Part shown: positions 23,201 through 25,609 of the stretch, in pieces
Numbering within the stretch: the stretch's first letter is position 1
Layout: every line of letters begins with the position of its first letter
Source: Akkermansia muciniphila
GTDB taxonomy: Bacteria; Verrucomicrobiota; Verrucomicrobiia; Chthoniobacterales; Chthoniobacteraceae
Length of the DNA: 47,732 nucleotides
Assembly (NCBI GenBank): GCA_945906945.1
Contig: CAMDSZ010000001.1
Location: 1-47,732 of the forward strand
Direction: 5' to 3'
Made by a program: the position numbers and the translations under genes
The notes under the pieces: generated by a model
Database searches by the model: none
Seen by the model: only the letters and a program-made list of their open reading frames with translations
What the model was told of the DNA's origin: nothing

Positions 23201-25609
23201 GATTGGGAGCGCGCTGGAGTTCGCAGGCGCGACTCTGTAGTAACGGTTGCGCAAGGTGACAGCATCAAACTCTTCGCGGCGTTTGATGGTCAGCCTTGGC
23301 CCGGCATGAGCTACCGATGGAAAAAAGATGGAATGTTTTTGAACGGAGAAAATCAAAGCTCGCTTGATTTCTCCAACCCGATGGAAGAGTTGAATCTTAA
23401 TAGAGGAATAGTTCCTCGTCAGGCTGGAAACTACCAAGTGGTCGTCTCTGATGGGTTCGTCATAAAAGAGAGTCCTGTTGTCAAGGTTGTGGTCACCAGT
23501 ACATCGGCGGTCACGCTCACCGGGAACCTCACACAGGATTCAGACTACGTAAAAGTAAGCAACGTCTCGAATCTGAAGGTCGGGATGGGCATAGGTGCGA
23601 GCGGCATCCAGAAGGGGACCCTCATTGTTGAAATTATTCCTGCCACTTCAACCATTAGACTCTCAAGCTTGGCCTTCACCACTGCTTCGAATGTAACGAT
23701 AACTGCCTCGCAGGATGCTCTCTACCAGGTCATCGTAGACTCCAGAGACATCGATGGAAACGATGGCGTGCGAGGTGTTGAAATAATCCCACAACTAGGC
23801 GCTGAAAATTCTTACCTGCCCGCGGGCACTAGCGTGAGGATTGCGGGGACACCTGTTTCGGGCATTCTTCGTGGCTGGAAAATCACCGATCCAAGAAATC
23901 CCGATAACGAGTATGGCCAGGTGCAGGCAACGGGCTCGTGGGTCTCCTTTGTAACACCGGCAAAGGACATAAAAATCACACCAATCATTGGCACGGCTTT
24001 AGCCGGTTTGTATTCAGGGTTCGTCACAAGTTCCTCTTCCGAAGAAGTCACAGAGCAAGATTTGGGTAAAATTCGCGGTTACTTGGAGGCTGCTGTCACT
24101 CCTCAAGGGTCAGGAAGTTGCGCTTTATGGGTCGATGGCAGACGCTATGTGTCGAGGCCAACTTTTGGGTGGGTCGAGGGCGCGAAGATCGATTTATCGG
24201 TCGTCGATAAAACCAGTGGCGTCACAGTCGTCGAGGTATTGGAGGGCGGCATAGCTGAAAAGGCTGGCCTCAAAGCGAGCGATATTATCGAGTCTGTACA
24301 GGTTGAGGGCAGCTCTACTGCAATCGAACTTTACCGGGTCCGTGATTTTGACGCCTTTGTAAACAACTCTCGAATGATAGGCAAAAAAGCCTACCTCAGT
24401 GTCGTGCGCGCGGGAGTAAGGCTCGCAGAGCCTTTAGTTGTACAGCCCGAGAGTGAGTGGTACATGCGATCGATGATCCAGTTGGATACCAAAGGGCTGG
24501 GGACTTGGGTTGGTGAGATGAGTATCAAAGCTGACGAAAAACGTGGAACCCGTGCTTTTTTAAATTTGAGAAACGTGTCGCTGAAAAATCCCGCATTTAA
24601 CTCGGCGGAAATTTCGGGAGGAAACGACATTTTCTGCAACGCCTACACCCCTGTCGGTATTGGAAAAACCAACTATGGGTTGCACTCTGCAGGTCTGTAT
24701 AAGGGAACAGGTAAAGTTGAAAACCTCGGGCAAGGTGGCGTCTTTTTGATCCAGACGAACGCGACAGCCGGCACCGCCTTGATTTACGGGCGACTCGGAA
24801 ATGGAAAACAGTTTAGTTTCAGGGGCATTGTAGGTAGACTATTTTCGCCATCAACAAACCTTGGGTCTGACTTCCTGAGCGCCTCAGCATCGGTCGCGAA
24901 TGTATTCTCCGAAACTATCGTTGACGAAACCCCAGAGGCTGCAATGCGAGACGCCCTCTATCGCAAAACAGTAAATCCGCTGATGCCTGTCTGGAGCCTG
25001 GGTGACTTGCGAACAGACTTGAATTTCATTGCTGGTGCGGTGGTTTTTGATGGCGAAAAAATCCATGGATCCGTGGGGATGATCAACCGCCCTCTGAACT
25101 CGACGGGATTCAGCACAGAATATACTCCCAATAAGCTTGTGGGTCACGCCGTGCTTCCAGCCACGACTGGCACATTGGGTTCAGCCGTATGGCTACCTTC
25201 CGATGCAGTTACTTTATACTCCAGTTTAACTTATCCCAAGCCGCAAGGATTCGGGTCGCAGTATATGAAGTACTTCGGTACAGCAGGACTCATCTTGCAA
25301 AAAATGACCCCAGAACTGCGTGTGCCAAATGTAGAAAATTTGAGAGTCGAAAGGCCTCTCAGTGGGCTTTTCAAGGGCTCCTTCACAGCGACGGATGTCG
25401 ACTCCCGACTGATTGGAGCTCAGAATCGAATGAGCAGGGGATTAATTAACACATTCTATGGTGTCGCCATTGGTGGAGAGACAAACGCGGGGGTTGGGTT
25501 CCTCCTTCGAGGCCCTGTCGTACAGACCTATACTCAACTTCTTGGCAATCAGCAGAAGTTTGATGAGGTATCTCCACGTACCGAATCAATCCGGCTTGAT
25601 GCTCCTTAG
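2..25609 (+). CDS. Giant multidomain repeat protein, >=8,535 aa (ORF touches 5' window edge, so may be 5'-partial); probable surface/extracellular binding protein
   Basis: Single stop-free frame-2 ORF (ATG at 2..4, TAG at 25607..25609). The other five frames contain only short ORFs (<=241 aa) across this span. The translation resolves into repeated recognisable domain families (NHL, RCC1, Ig-like, LamG, PDZ). No upstream sequence is available to confirm the start codon. Confidence 0.9.
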   Translation: MTNQSTILAVGTTYGISAGMRLIGTGLPDPVEVSAVSSDGRSITLTGSINVGTLFGESVSTIGAPSLSAFVVPNSGSVTAQTGSLEALPDYNPSGDDSENYAIKPIRQVLRIRADPDNSLISGSIVSVGTIGFRNYPITMAKTLMAGTFTVEVRESSPAVRASGISNDQKWWGVRGVRPGMRVINKNLPPGCYVYSVDDDSRVVNGTLSYGRFTVAIPVVNRDVPNTVVSGWSGATSGTVNITAGGGNGWSEGMDLSGPGVPADTKIQAIFYPGTISTILLSKSATVVAGATLTASGQGFTGDVTKVFSEARYLYYALTGIAPSAGKISLVGSGTVQLSTPIPLDGPLAFLPDSPTDLYSVGILNGGYFTYNDFNYLKLAIPANSNGTVDDYGFNFILSGANTASFNGGTIATTAVSFSKKNGGNNFYQGGGNNAFGTVGNTAVLTAIPALPLRTCSFVNGSKIVRTWSTKSLLPGMFVHHRNLPDRAYVKRIIDDQTFEISSYTGGATGGIQNDDVVINNTVVPSRVLGVRSWGLVTTPVAASGTVNLKLNDVSGLSYGTRLLGANLSSGTAGVAVITGVDKFNSSVTISSGNTFVAGVSLVAVPEFVGPNNINTWNLYNSPITRADGQPVILNGTASSLNPATTFQADLGFLAVPGNPGRLPSGARLFPDGMVVVGTTGVFQNFGAGVVPVRQQVVLSGTLTDTGAFPAWSGAVSFVPGVDLAAAATVEGGSMVTVGTLPTERIAVGMRVFGPGIPELARVRSVLSGGTGFTIGTGTLDLTYAGSSTSTGSLTGGSVSLGTLTTATTGTVMSVGTAVVIVPNGTLVAGSPNVICGTVAGLAPGMILTGSSTSGSVSRITYAGRGYSQIASISNGTLFTLTENANQSSAGPMNLVAAYQSFPKEYGMFITGAGVIGNGQVSIGNLSAVSGNASSWRSGLQRGMVIHAPGLSPLGAHILQVNPTDIIVSTWTAGTYSLGSFATLSSVGPTGTLLTSSPSLTGTGTITMATATGIVPGMAVTGTGLPTGRSVSSVSGTVVTLSGTVSGVVSGATITFSSFYSLNPSALNAPIYFSATPSLAGGTGFTNNISVGTASGVNGYWLSGGTALASSNQITVTSAPSYLKPGMTLYHPFLNSGSLVESQRGWARVADVSGGVVTIVGSLGSAVSSGTFGIAGYLPMMLSPGSLSVDGTQLTFSGSSNLSAGMLVHGGTVNGGGAYGSISGGGSFTGFIPVVPPGTFVRNVSTDGRTVTLNGTLNTIAAGSLDAGSLIFSTLPGQIIPAVSTRPHSKRLFVQSGSIAQSGYPLTARLAWWRDSNITLVTAEALANNNTEIILNITNQPNNIPFPSISEGAPIVITPPFVTMNARGKAGSNVVSLEGGTNALVNIRAQGEDLKVGMPIFGYGVQRGTFIEFINEYTNPVTVELSQALGLDIPVTVYDADGSGAVDALDEPLSYETLVVNTSIVSSILNKSTASQTEIQVFDNSGYFPGMPLVNSLGNLTALGLNVIAKIPTGARVVSKRDSTFLTLNTPLVGTTNYTTVPYAAYTNATTAEAANGAVVYATAPYIRLRGRSATRTAAQGGGSSVTTIPGSSIVDFDSSFIQMDPSWAGMAVYGAGIPPGANVESVIASNQFTLSQPAAPTSLVPQQAAAPIILDPTRVVVSQFYGDKSSLAQLTLNAGDSVLSALQKNMILDSPTPSFGGAQIGNGLPNLTYLTGGASLSSRTVGISGTLTSVFSGINVRAFYAPIPIGVSAQTSENSFTVSGNLTALYEGMALLGGSIATTSSSNVRLRTIDQGNSEITFAPFLRVGTMEATPSSHPELSGMLSSPIITPGRLWFVNPTTVLFKSVGFTEGGTIAVSGSVPSFDDVNSVIREPITTNLYGGTKIKSLLTPVTNFELSMPARATSGGVRLLVNLAGDRANPAASVSAGSRNRSFIQIPRASTTAGSSVVQFAAAIKALYLDSTANGYSIVGQPIYGTGIPADAFVQSVAMDGLSLTLSKAAEADSSEQIIVVNPNYVIPLEGAFAAANSLEAQVESIGAGSALTPGLSISGLNLSSDTTLISFTNTAEGTKLNLSGRTLGYPSSQLPGLGNFVATVPFVTLKDAVVTANSNTITVGDYQEPPGSVNTYPQTSGLRVGMTVMGSGLPYGTQITGVISGTLTLSQSATRTGTYTLIVNPEVLSAPGLQLTAGGSLVSLSGSGLGADTPPAEIIAGSLSSDLAEPFGPYGLANQWQKLASWGRALGAPAIPHGTVFLSPYFINFGSLGGIQASDRASVLAGGYFDLTSANGNGGDTLGAASFTMNQRATASTSLADFYLTYGRSRLILTGTILSGSSALSVSTVDGLQLGLQVDGAGIPSGTRIVEIDSINNRLVLSALATATTNGAFSFSKTGALVSSDSGVFLNNTVVSSLDSSAIQPGQTVSLASGSLLIIRNIVDPVSGGSVAVPSYNNTPFMTSLLGNAGPRVRSVSSNGSLVFETNTTPGLVLTAGTSISSSTVSTTFTVASNLMFNINGNVFGPYTMVAGSTIATRAAASYLALSQPAQKSSKSVRVLLDGKPYGPVEVIKGSQALLWRGADFVRAGMPVKGPGILQGTTILQVSPPLSNGSLTLTLSAPATSELAANSKFDLEVGGGVNSGIVELNDWQYKTNTENLSVEPGWLLYRSNDPWAANWYPGFGRGAGGSKFELVDYLLLGKITWVAGNGVFGFEPIPDPRNRVAFDSQSQYLMDRLSFEATTDVALSSGRQGFIDQSLSDFYMLGQTPDFFVEAGNARSIRWYKDGELLNQAAGSSRVQVRVSNYTEGFSPSVARTATSDFWQRSQLSLSALTLSSPGFYYANGVSSNAGSYSLSDLIQVSIPDPQPLIVKQPVSKVVQRAGTQVTLEVDLKCNSKALLDTPRGLAVAPDGDFYVVESGNNSLRKATLGGFVNTMIGSKKAILDPNADGVSRDSIWGMASGIAVRVGSLMISDKLLILPSGTAGLTAGMKVLSSSINDRILLSNSAGITISGFAGANTVILSGAPAGDSPSHSIIFIRPEAELPASTNEVVYRRAISSYSSFGVTLPSGVQNIVPGMLVCGYGVPDFTTVTAVEAKSNSVTLSGWIRHEGLEANNLLVFVRPLNQPEAIASDEVGALYIADTGNNRILRFYPKTVQDKSRGFDPAVPAGTVEVLTPASGPQLSAPRGITVVGYGPEAVVYVANSSQNTVLKIARSGASWVSTTLAGKPGVSGYADGVATSATFNGLRDVAYYNESVYVADYLNHTIRRISLGQTPEVTTVAGAPGQAGLIDGSGSAAKLYFPAGLAVNKVDGSLTVSDLGNHAIRKLNANGSLVTIAGKIFNGIPAFGKEDGLGTSAGFWYPKGIAIDKTGVIRIADTSNHLIRSITPDAAVSTVAGVAKFPFFRDSDKDWAKPVAYVPTEFMVQWYKDGAKITDGITPNGSVFAGTKTRILTIDQVTEQDSGAYAALFESVTRVPVETNVTQVVVGGNLAPDYVGEFTVTPGTLGAMKMNFRDILPPTPSEAFVLNQIRWDETFESEKPFWLDLVSSTLPSELDGKKVTLSAAGVNHSMVLTEDGKLYAWGANSYGQLGVGDRSARFTPVPVYMGGVLSGKTITKIALGEHHSFVLDKDGALYSWGRNDFGQLGIGSVSDAKVYPEKALLTGWTAIASGYQHALAVNFRGELYTWGLDHHSQLGRLNRPATRTVTFSNVSLAALSQTVGLGNSTGLIAGSTLTFAAGLLDGGTVQAVVSSVIGEGQLRIGTASASAISGTTFTASVYCDPVPTQITVSNVTPFVQNSVEQTGNVIAGGRAHSLVATTGGVLAWGENNLFQAGALSFADVATPQLISATNGLQISQVSAGREHSMALSDGGTLLAWGRNDSRQLGADLHPRVVSGSASVAAGGTLTGSGTSSVIQLASVDGITRGMSFTGANLTGTTPKVREVLSGQGVMLSGGSVTLAEGGTMLSFQRITAGTVHGTEYRMTAYPISTEASNVVRVSSTAALGASSRSNRVDPAWAGTVSRTLTMVSTGSWAPGMAVYGTGVPSGTRIVSVDDSSNQVTLSGSVTVSPSTVLDARGSSLGNELLAGPMKVTGFSATGQSFSSTLRLERIVEGPAVVLSGNASFVSGGSAALSARYGNLALSGTVAFTGSLVAGTTQVVVAGTSGLEIGMELSASGSLAAGTTIQEIVTGKLKLSSAPLISGASVPMIATRVASSSPVAVNLSELRLPEAVSSVTRRVTDISSGAQFNFIKTSDGLFWAWGLNSDGQLGDGTFNDKSIPTAFLSPAEETFAWIAPGGNHALATTTGGGLFSWGGNQSGQRGDGTTNTVADPQRHKGITEYFLQAQSIPDSEGQQQVRARVILNDSQKVETLVVVKPSAANYVSPNAPVITKQPASVMVAAGATATLTVEARSELPLQYQWMLNGVDVALGGNSPNYALTDSPRTPIAGLYSVKVSDERGSIVSKTVQVAVVNSPSVFAEPEAQVILPKTSTSIQVLMQSQFKTLFNSPHGLVVRGNGDLLVADRDNSVVRVMNDGGFVETLVGIPQQSGWVDSVGNLSRLSRPEGLTVLNIGEFELVFITDPGSHTVRCLTWEFDKSVGDFVYRLRTVAGLPMQAGFVDGDMKEAKFNSPMGVAGFVSQRKDTSTQLPLPDQYEVYLYVADLNNHALRLVLLPVTVSEDALAADPRSKRTLQIAPSMVASVAGATPITPGPGSNDSAASGQPAQFLLPSDVAVQAGSSHAVYVVDSGNHSIRRVEADAPTSQRLAQGVIVGTYKGTGSTYITWGSSRRPDWVRPGMKVSASGFFKDETYVSRVDDGGVFVSQPALIQGVTSVQFTDTLVNSIFTTYTYAGTPGISGAQDGAGVQARFWFPQKVAISGDGSLFVSDTNNCLIRKIAPSLDPRSGIVRVFAGVVGKSGSVDGPASMAQFSAPKGVAVSDDGSVYISDDGSHLIRKIYDYYGDRMVATLGGLAKSPGHMDSDLVSEYIYQWKKNGAPLGAAIRGEAGRTLTLSGDAADSGVYVVEVTSAALSSFKFTSQPAQITVPASSAPVAFVKSITVRAGNTYQLGVNDVFKTYFPKLDCKQFIFEQVDSRRQTLPEWIQIPAQLAGPDQAVVSITPKADATTQSLVISVLADLDDGTTKLGYLQFNVQGVRVDQDYRPIIVQQPTSWNSTDSALMSDRLAVKVMSGDEFSTSYQWYQRQKPSASYLSYSGGSQVSVNSLLRSRQAATTGSLALSIPVSGGTGSSLSLPPPLTAGIYALKVTNKKVLSSSTNTVFTQQVVYNTSGNSAAATGSFSTVTNQSLASDGSSVETDLVQVVVSGPPQVVQQPFSYLQSEGDRVILRVYPKTSAKSLMNEPRGIAYNSSDQSLLSVERGNYAVRSVSLGGEVADFAGSRSDWGGDDSRLSREARFGRTDGGPEGLTVDTSGTVYVADTMNHVVRMIYGGTVSTIAGVTGFAGSTNGSGQSARFNMPSGIASRNTVDTSGSEVVILYVADSGNHLVRKIMVLNKGKTNQTISVTTLAGGAGISGYVNGDGSSARFSEPFDVAYSNNKVFVADFQNHAVRCITDHNDGNPANVTVITLAGGALVGGTEVFGLDIPNNPDSPLSGLDAGLKAKFLHPTGVASDGQFVYVADWGNHVVKRVSFPSPGAQQQSLRVEVIAGESGVPGESGDGPVKAKDARFKEPTKVAVDPLGNVYVSDSWNHVIRKIGLDQVMTTVAGVEGLPGDLNSDLPVEFYYQWYKGNRPITGGSGNASSYEIKSLSSASEGDYTVLISNDARMSASLMSASASVKMATPTSMKLVDVIAGQTSIIGKSVIRSGSLAVDQLPTWARVDSLGNLVLSPSVMEPVGLVSGTYGGDPLFVNVVSKKQGMLSPRILTEPIDILTGVGQDLNLRAKVQLPGAAATAVATLSAQNVKWYRLGAAGALVSCGTLGDATGARSSLLPDVLPETYEVNLSCPRVQAGQAGFYRLEVTPIQGGAPLISNWIQIVLQASPSFVEQPEPEKFFVVGGSLSISAEVRTPAKSLFQRPVGLASLPNTSRLIIADEEDRTVRISSSGGRVSNWLGASGISGFASGSGENTRLGSVEAIAYDPGIVLNLRSARLTAGSAWIKVKEIEGIHLGMTVSGTLAIPAGAQIEEIGAAEGFFRNIKLSTTATQTHAEVDLVATRASATYLADSVNHVICKVSMAGEMRVLCGSLGVAGDGGLYCSLDNAKFNAPQGVAVDPLDGTVYVSDTGNHAIRMIQQGVPRVYLVAGGTFGDTLALPSYSFKDVSREELGNGFSTFSPLDVKFYQPLGIAARTRLLTSLDFPLGRYVTEVFVADRMNHVVRVIRLNARKPDNSFAVLNWSGLSTDKSAYFKEGLYDKVLGVLTWAGQPGISGAKDGAGDSAKFNLPYGLALDFGNEVDGSLYVADQGNHALRRIATEFDAQTLVFKDQGTVETVAGILGVPGAADGSVVTDPVTQVQTAIPSRLSWPTGVAVNSRTGEVFVSDTGNFSIRVLRDGVLQAFVGELGAKGSFNSAEVLDGFTYQWYKDGSPIAVKGSGLQGVNSDTLSNSPMAFSDIGAYQLEVRGATTLRSAVSLLRAETPMRFIESPLSYVQNNTLTNKGGVWNNDRGFEVDPYGTVRLTATVYGAGNLGYQWSKNGMPLSDGANLSGAVLGGVLSPSVTLGRGGWKKIDSAVAGPRHSAAISAGTLYMWGANDAGQLGLGDRVPRSLPQALPASAFGGNQVKEVALGQSHTLVRTADGAIYAWGSNAQGQLGKPSGDNILQPSNVDIGTKKIRAIAAGSNHCLAVIDKSSAGANTVLSWGGGPDTPAQLGRKIAAGKFVVASGAYSGELTGEIWSDAALAQAVFSMTVNTDSGVFSVPPRILSAAPASGASATNLVLDQKAQRSGVFAVTISHPAWKPSPVICTVNGQLRLLKAFDFSTESALLTKLKSDGKKLGLEAVSCVSTGLAHSLVLGDDLNVYGFGSNAKGQAGQVDTVQMQEVALAMPIETANIRGELFRSVAAGDVHSIALTSKGVLVSWGDNSSKQLGRSVIKSVESSLVSTNTLVVSGTSMLKVNSMAAYFEQNVGGGKWDARSGWSGKYDLGLNIWPQVFSPASARISVINASRVVRLDGFFSLPVPTMQGQPIEVVFADITNFSGMPRKAFYVESDPKQLSSIASGGSSNIAIGADSNVYVWGRNGGQLGIEWRDISELAAPQPLEFFSSVLCKNSRAVRVSVGGHGHDTGHAFAVDSQGMLFVWGDNTAGQLGDGLLAERRVPNYNAFSDFGNYTLKVRSSVDGQQDESEGVFLVQPEVEASRFGEWPRALLSPELQVSYKGSVAINIPGPMGYPKPDVQWVDGGTRSFGNSYVVNNVESLRQVSVTLGQRDGSGNFIPLPNPDLLSRWSFNNPAEPARLTGSFDYAFEYQLGSQTGLTSGSTYQTTHAAATSAALALRPSDSSTSNLIVVPSVNPNYEPLESFRDAMLKQRSLRDQDSGNFSVRTDAGPAGTASFVDLSELDPSDATKVIAGSGTIKFSSGALAVGALKSGSLTTLTPDATRAASYVSLPMSLTGEEIARDGLTVEVWAALNNATAFPTIFSLDTPNKAGAELWAGYYYAKTDTSRPALSSSLADAATATATTAMPLVLGKIYHWALVVSPAAAKATLYRDGVEVCSVPVSLADVGALQFGELCLGKSLTNDDPHSSATYLEARVWRRTLSAAEIKQNSDLKEDADFSYSRNFKVVPSGFRLLVPDWERAGVRRRDSVVTVAQGDSIKLFAAFDGQPWPGMSYRWKKDGMFLNGENQSSLDFSNPMEELNLNRGIVPRQAGNYQVVVSDGFVIKESPVVKVVVTSTSAVTLTGNLTQDSDYVKVSNVSNLKVGMGIGASGIQKGTLIVEIIPATSTIRLSSLAFTTASNVTITASQDALYQVIVDSRDIDGNDGVRGVEIIPQLGAENSYLPAGTSVRIAGTPVSGILRGWKITDPRNPDNEYGQVQATGSWVSFVTPAKDIKITPIIGTALAGLYSGFVTSSSSEEVTEQDLGKIRGYLEAAVTPQGSGSCALWVDGRRYVSRPTFGWVEGAKIDLSVVDKTSGVTVVEVLEGGIAEKAGLKASDIIESVQVEGSSTAIELYRVRDFDAFVNNSRMIGKKAYLSVVRAGVRLAEPLVVQPESEWYMRSMIQLDTKGLGTWVGEMSIKADEKRGTRAFLNLRNVSLKNPAFNSAEISGGNDIFCNAYTPVGIGKTNYGLHSAGLYKGTGKVENLGQGGVFLIQTNATAGTALIYGRLGNGKQFSFRGIVGRLFSPSTNLGSDFLSASASVANVFSETIVDETPEAAMRDALYRKTVNPLMPVWSLGDLRTDLNFIAGAVVFDGEKIHGSVGMINRPLNSTGFSTEYTPNKLVGHAVLPATTGTLGSAVWLPSDAVTLYSSLTYPKPQGFGSQYMKYFGTAGLILQKMTPELRVPNVENLRVERPLSGLFKGSFTATDVDSRLIGAQNRMSRGLINTFYGVAIGGETNAGVGFLLRGPVVQTYTQLLGNQQKFDEVSPRTESIRLDAP
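8291..8578 (+). other. Ig-like beta-sandwich domain (intact)
   Basis: FFVEAGNARSIRWYKDGELL ... GSYSLSDLIQVSI. The [YW]-x-W-[YK]-K-[DN]-G strand-C signature is shared with all other Ig-like units in this ORF. Confidence 0.5.
8579..10450 (+). other. Composite unit 1: Ig-like domain split by a six-bladed NHL beta-propeller (~624 aa)
   Basis: N-terminal Ig half PLIVKQPVSKVVQRAGTQVTLEVDLKCNSKALLDT. NHL blades run 8690..~10180: PRGLAVAPDGDFYVVESGNNSLRKA, GALYIADTGNNRILRF, PRGITV..VYVANSSQNTVLKI, VYVADYLNHTIRRI, PAGLAV..LTVSDLGNHAIRKL, PKGIAIDKTGVIRIADTSNHLIRSI. C-terminal Ig half FMVQWYKDGAKI...RILTIDQVTEQDSGAYAALFES...VTQVVV. Blade 2 is interrupted at 8881..9385 by an insert with two GM-boxes (ATG of GM at 8951 and 9215). 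Confidence 0.7.
10451..13141 (+). other. RCC1 seven-bladed beta-propeller 1 with two large inter-blade inserts, flanked by cadherin-like/He_PIG-like beta-sandwich halves
   Basis: Blades span 10670..~12966: AAGVNHSMVLTEDGKLYAWGANSYGQLG, LGEHHSFVLDKDGALYSWGRNDFGQLG, SGYQHALAVNFRGELYTWGLDHHSQLG, GGRAHSLVATTGGVLAWGENNLFQAG, AGREHSMALSDGGTLLAWGRNDSRQLG, SGAQFNFIKTSDGLFWAWGLNSDGQLGDG, PGGNHALATTTGGGLFSWGGNQSGQRGDG. Insert after blade 3 at 11071..11400 has one degenerate GM-box. Insert after blade 5 at 11642..12705 has 3-4 GM-boxes (GM ATGs at 11762, 12092, 12494). The flanks (EFTVTPG...KPFWLDLVSSTLPSELDGKKVTLS before, YFLQAQSIPDSEGQQQVRARVILNDSQKVETLVVV after) may be one split beta-sandwich; this is tentative. 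Confidence 0.7.
13142..13399 (+). other. Ig-like domain (intact reference copy)
   Basis: APVITKQPASVMVAAGATATLTVEARSELPLQYQWMLNGVDVALGGNSPNYALTDSPRTPIAGLYSVKVSDERGSIVSKTVQVAVV. All strands are contiguous, so this copy serves as the template for the split copies. Confidence 0.65.
13400..15121 (+). other. Composite unit 2: Ig-like domain split by a six-bladed NHL beta-propeller (~574 aa)
   Basis: Ig N-half SVFAEPEAQVILPKTSTSIQVLMQSQFKTLFNS. NHL blades run ~13505..14890: PHGLVVRGNGDLLVADRDNSVVRV, PEGLTV..VFITDPGSHTVRCL, LYVADLNNHALRLV, AVYVVDSGNHSIRRV, PQKVAISGDGSLFVSDTNNCLIRKI, PKGVAVSDDGSVYISDDGSHLIRKI. Ig C-half YIYQWKKNGAPLG...RTLTLSGDAADSGVYVVEVTS...AQITVPAS. A one-GM-box insert (VRPGMKVSASG, ATG 14372) lies between blades 4 and 5 at ~14250..14530. 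Confidence 0.7.
15122..15455 (+). other. Cadherin-like / He_PIG-like beta-sandwich domain
   Basis: VAFVKSITVRAGNTYQLGVNDVF...QTLPEWIQIPAQLAGPDQAVVSITPKADATTQSLVISVLADLDDGTTKLGYLQFNV. The 'LP.W..' + 'I.P...' pattern is typical of dystroglycan-type cadherin-like/putative Ig domains. Assignment is by eye only. Confidence 0.4.
15456..15946 (+). other. Ig-like domain with expanded S/T-rich loops
   Basis: PIIVQQPTSW...RLAVKVMSGDEFSTSYQWYQRQ...LTAGIYALKVTNKK...DLVQVVVSG. Confidence 0.5.
15947..17371 (+). other. Composite unit 3: Ig-like domain split by an uninterrupted six-bladed NHL beta-propeller (~475 aa)
   Basis: Ig N-half PPQVVQQPFSYLQSEGDRVILRVYPKTSAKSLMNE. NHL blades run 16052..~17150: PRGIAYNSSDQSLLSVERGNYAVRSV, PEGLTVDTSGTVYVADTMNHVVRMI, ILYVADSGNHLVRKI, VFVADFQNHAVRCI, PTGVASDGQFVYVADWGNHVVKRV, PTKVAVDPLGNVYVSDSWNHVIRKI. 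Ig C-half FYYQWYKGNRPITGG...YEIKSLSSASEGDYTVLISND...SASVKMATP. No GM-box insert is present. Confidence 0.75.
17372..17600 (+). other. Cadherin-like / He_PIG-like beta-sandwich domain (second copy)
   Basis: MKLVDVIAGQTSIIGKSVIRSGSLAVDQLPTWARVDSLGNLVLSPSVMEPVGLVSGTYGGDPLFVNVV. Confidence 0.4.
17601..17962 (+). other. Ig-like domain
   Basis: PRILTEPIDILTGVGQDLNLRAKVQ...VKWYRLGAAG...AGFYRLEVTPIQGGAPLISNWIQIVLQA. Confidence 0.5.
17963..19750 (+). other. Composite unit 4: Ig-like domain split by a six-bladed NHL beta-propeller (~596 aa)
   Basis: Ig N-half SPSFVEQPEPEKFFVVGGSLSISAEVRTPAKSLFQR. NHL blades run ~18064..19495: PVGLASLPNTSRLIIADEEDRTVRIS, SATYLADSVNHVICKV, PQGVAVDPLDGTVYVSDTGNHAIRMI, VFVADRMNHVVRVI, PYGLAL..LYVADQGNHALRRI, PTGVAVNSRTGEVFVSDTGNFSIRVL. 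Ig C-half FTYQWYKDGSPIAV...DIGAYQLEVRG...VSLLRAETP. Blade 2 is interrupted at ~18263..18492 by one GM-box (IHLGMTVSGTLAIPAGAQIEEI, ATG 18350). Confidence 0.7.
19751..21883 (+). other. Composite unit 5: Ig-like domain split in its E-F loop by RCC1 seven-bladed beta-propeller 2
   Basis: Ig strands A-E: MRFIESPLSYV...TVRLTATVYGAGNLGYQWSKNGMPLSDGANLSGAVLGGVLSPSVTLG. RCC1 blades run ~20041..21760: AGPRHSAAISAGTLYMWGANDAGQLG, LGQSHTLVRTADGAIYAWGSNAQGQLG, AGSNHCLAV..VLSWGGGPDTPAQLG, TGLAHSLVLGDDLNVYGFGSNAKGQAG, AGDVHSIALTSKGVLVSWGDNSSKQLG, SGGSSNIAIGADSNVYVWGRNGGQLG, GHAFAVDSQGMLFVWGDNTAGQLGDG. Ig strands F-G: NAFSDFGNYTLKVRSSVDGQQDESEGVFLVQP. Non-GM inserts follow blade 3 (20444..20845) and blade 5 (21094..21480). 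Confidence 0.65.
21884..22141 (+). other. Ig-like domain
   Basis: LSPELQVSYKGSVAINIPGPMGYPKPDVQWVDGGTRSFGNSYVVNNVESLRQVSVTLGQRD. Confidence 0.4.
22142..23125 (+). other. LamG / concanavalin-A-like lectin domain (Laminin_G_3-like), with an N-terminal extension
   Basis: Opening DLLSRWSFNN. Core: LTGEEIARDGLTVEVWAALNNATAFPTIFSLDT...LGKIYHWALVVSPAAAKATLYRDGVEVCS...LCLGKS...YLEARVWRRTLSAAEIKQN. The 'RVW.R.LSA.EI' ending is the usual LamG_3 signature. Confidence 0.65.
23160..23495 (+). other. Ig-like domain
   Basis: VTVAQGDSIKLFAAFDGQPWPGMSYRWKKDGMFLNGENQSSLDF...RQAGNYQVVVSDGFVIKESPVVKVVV. Confidence 0.55.
23496..23700 (+). repeat. Isolated GM-box copy near the C-terminus
   Basis: LTGNLTQDSDYVKVSNVSNLKVGMGIGASGIQKGTLIVEIIPATSTIRLSSLAF (GM ATG at 23585). 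Confidence 0.55.
23720..23992 (+). other. Possible InlB-B-repeat-like (bacterial repeat) beta domain
   Basis: YQVIVDS...GVEIIPQLGAENSYLPAGTSVRIAGTPVSGILRGWKITDP...SWVSFVTPAKDIKITPIIG. The pattern Y.v.v...G.v.p....y..Gt.V.i.A.P..G..F.GW resembles divergent InlB B-repeat domains. Assignment is by eye only. Confidence 0.3.
24215..24448 (+). other. PDZ domain embedded in the C-terminal region
   Basis: SGVTVVEVLEGGIAEKAGLKASDIIESVQVEGSSTAIELYRVRDFDAFVNNSRMIGKKAYLSVVRAGVRLAEPLVVQP. It has the classic V..V..GS.A..AGL..GD.I..ING pattern (here GGIAEKAGLKASDII) followed by 'l.V.R.G...'. Confidence 0.6.
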
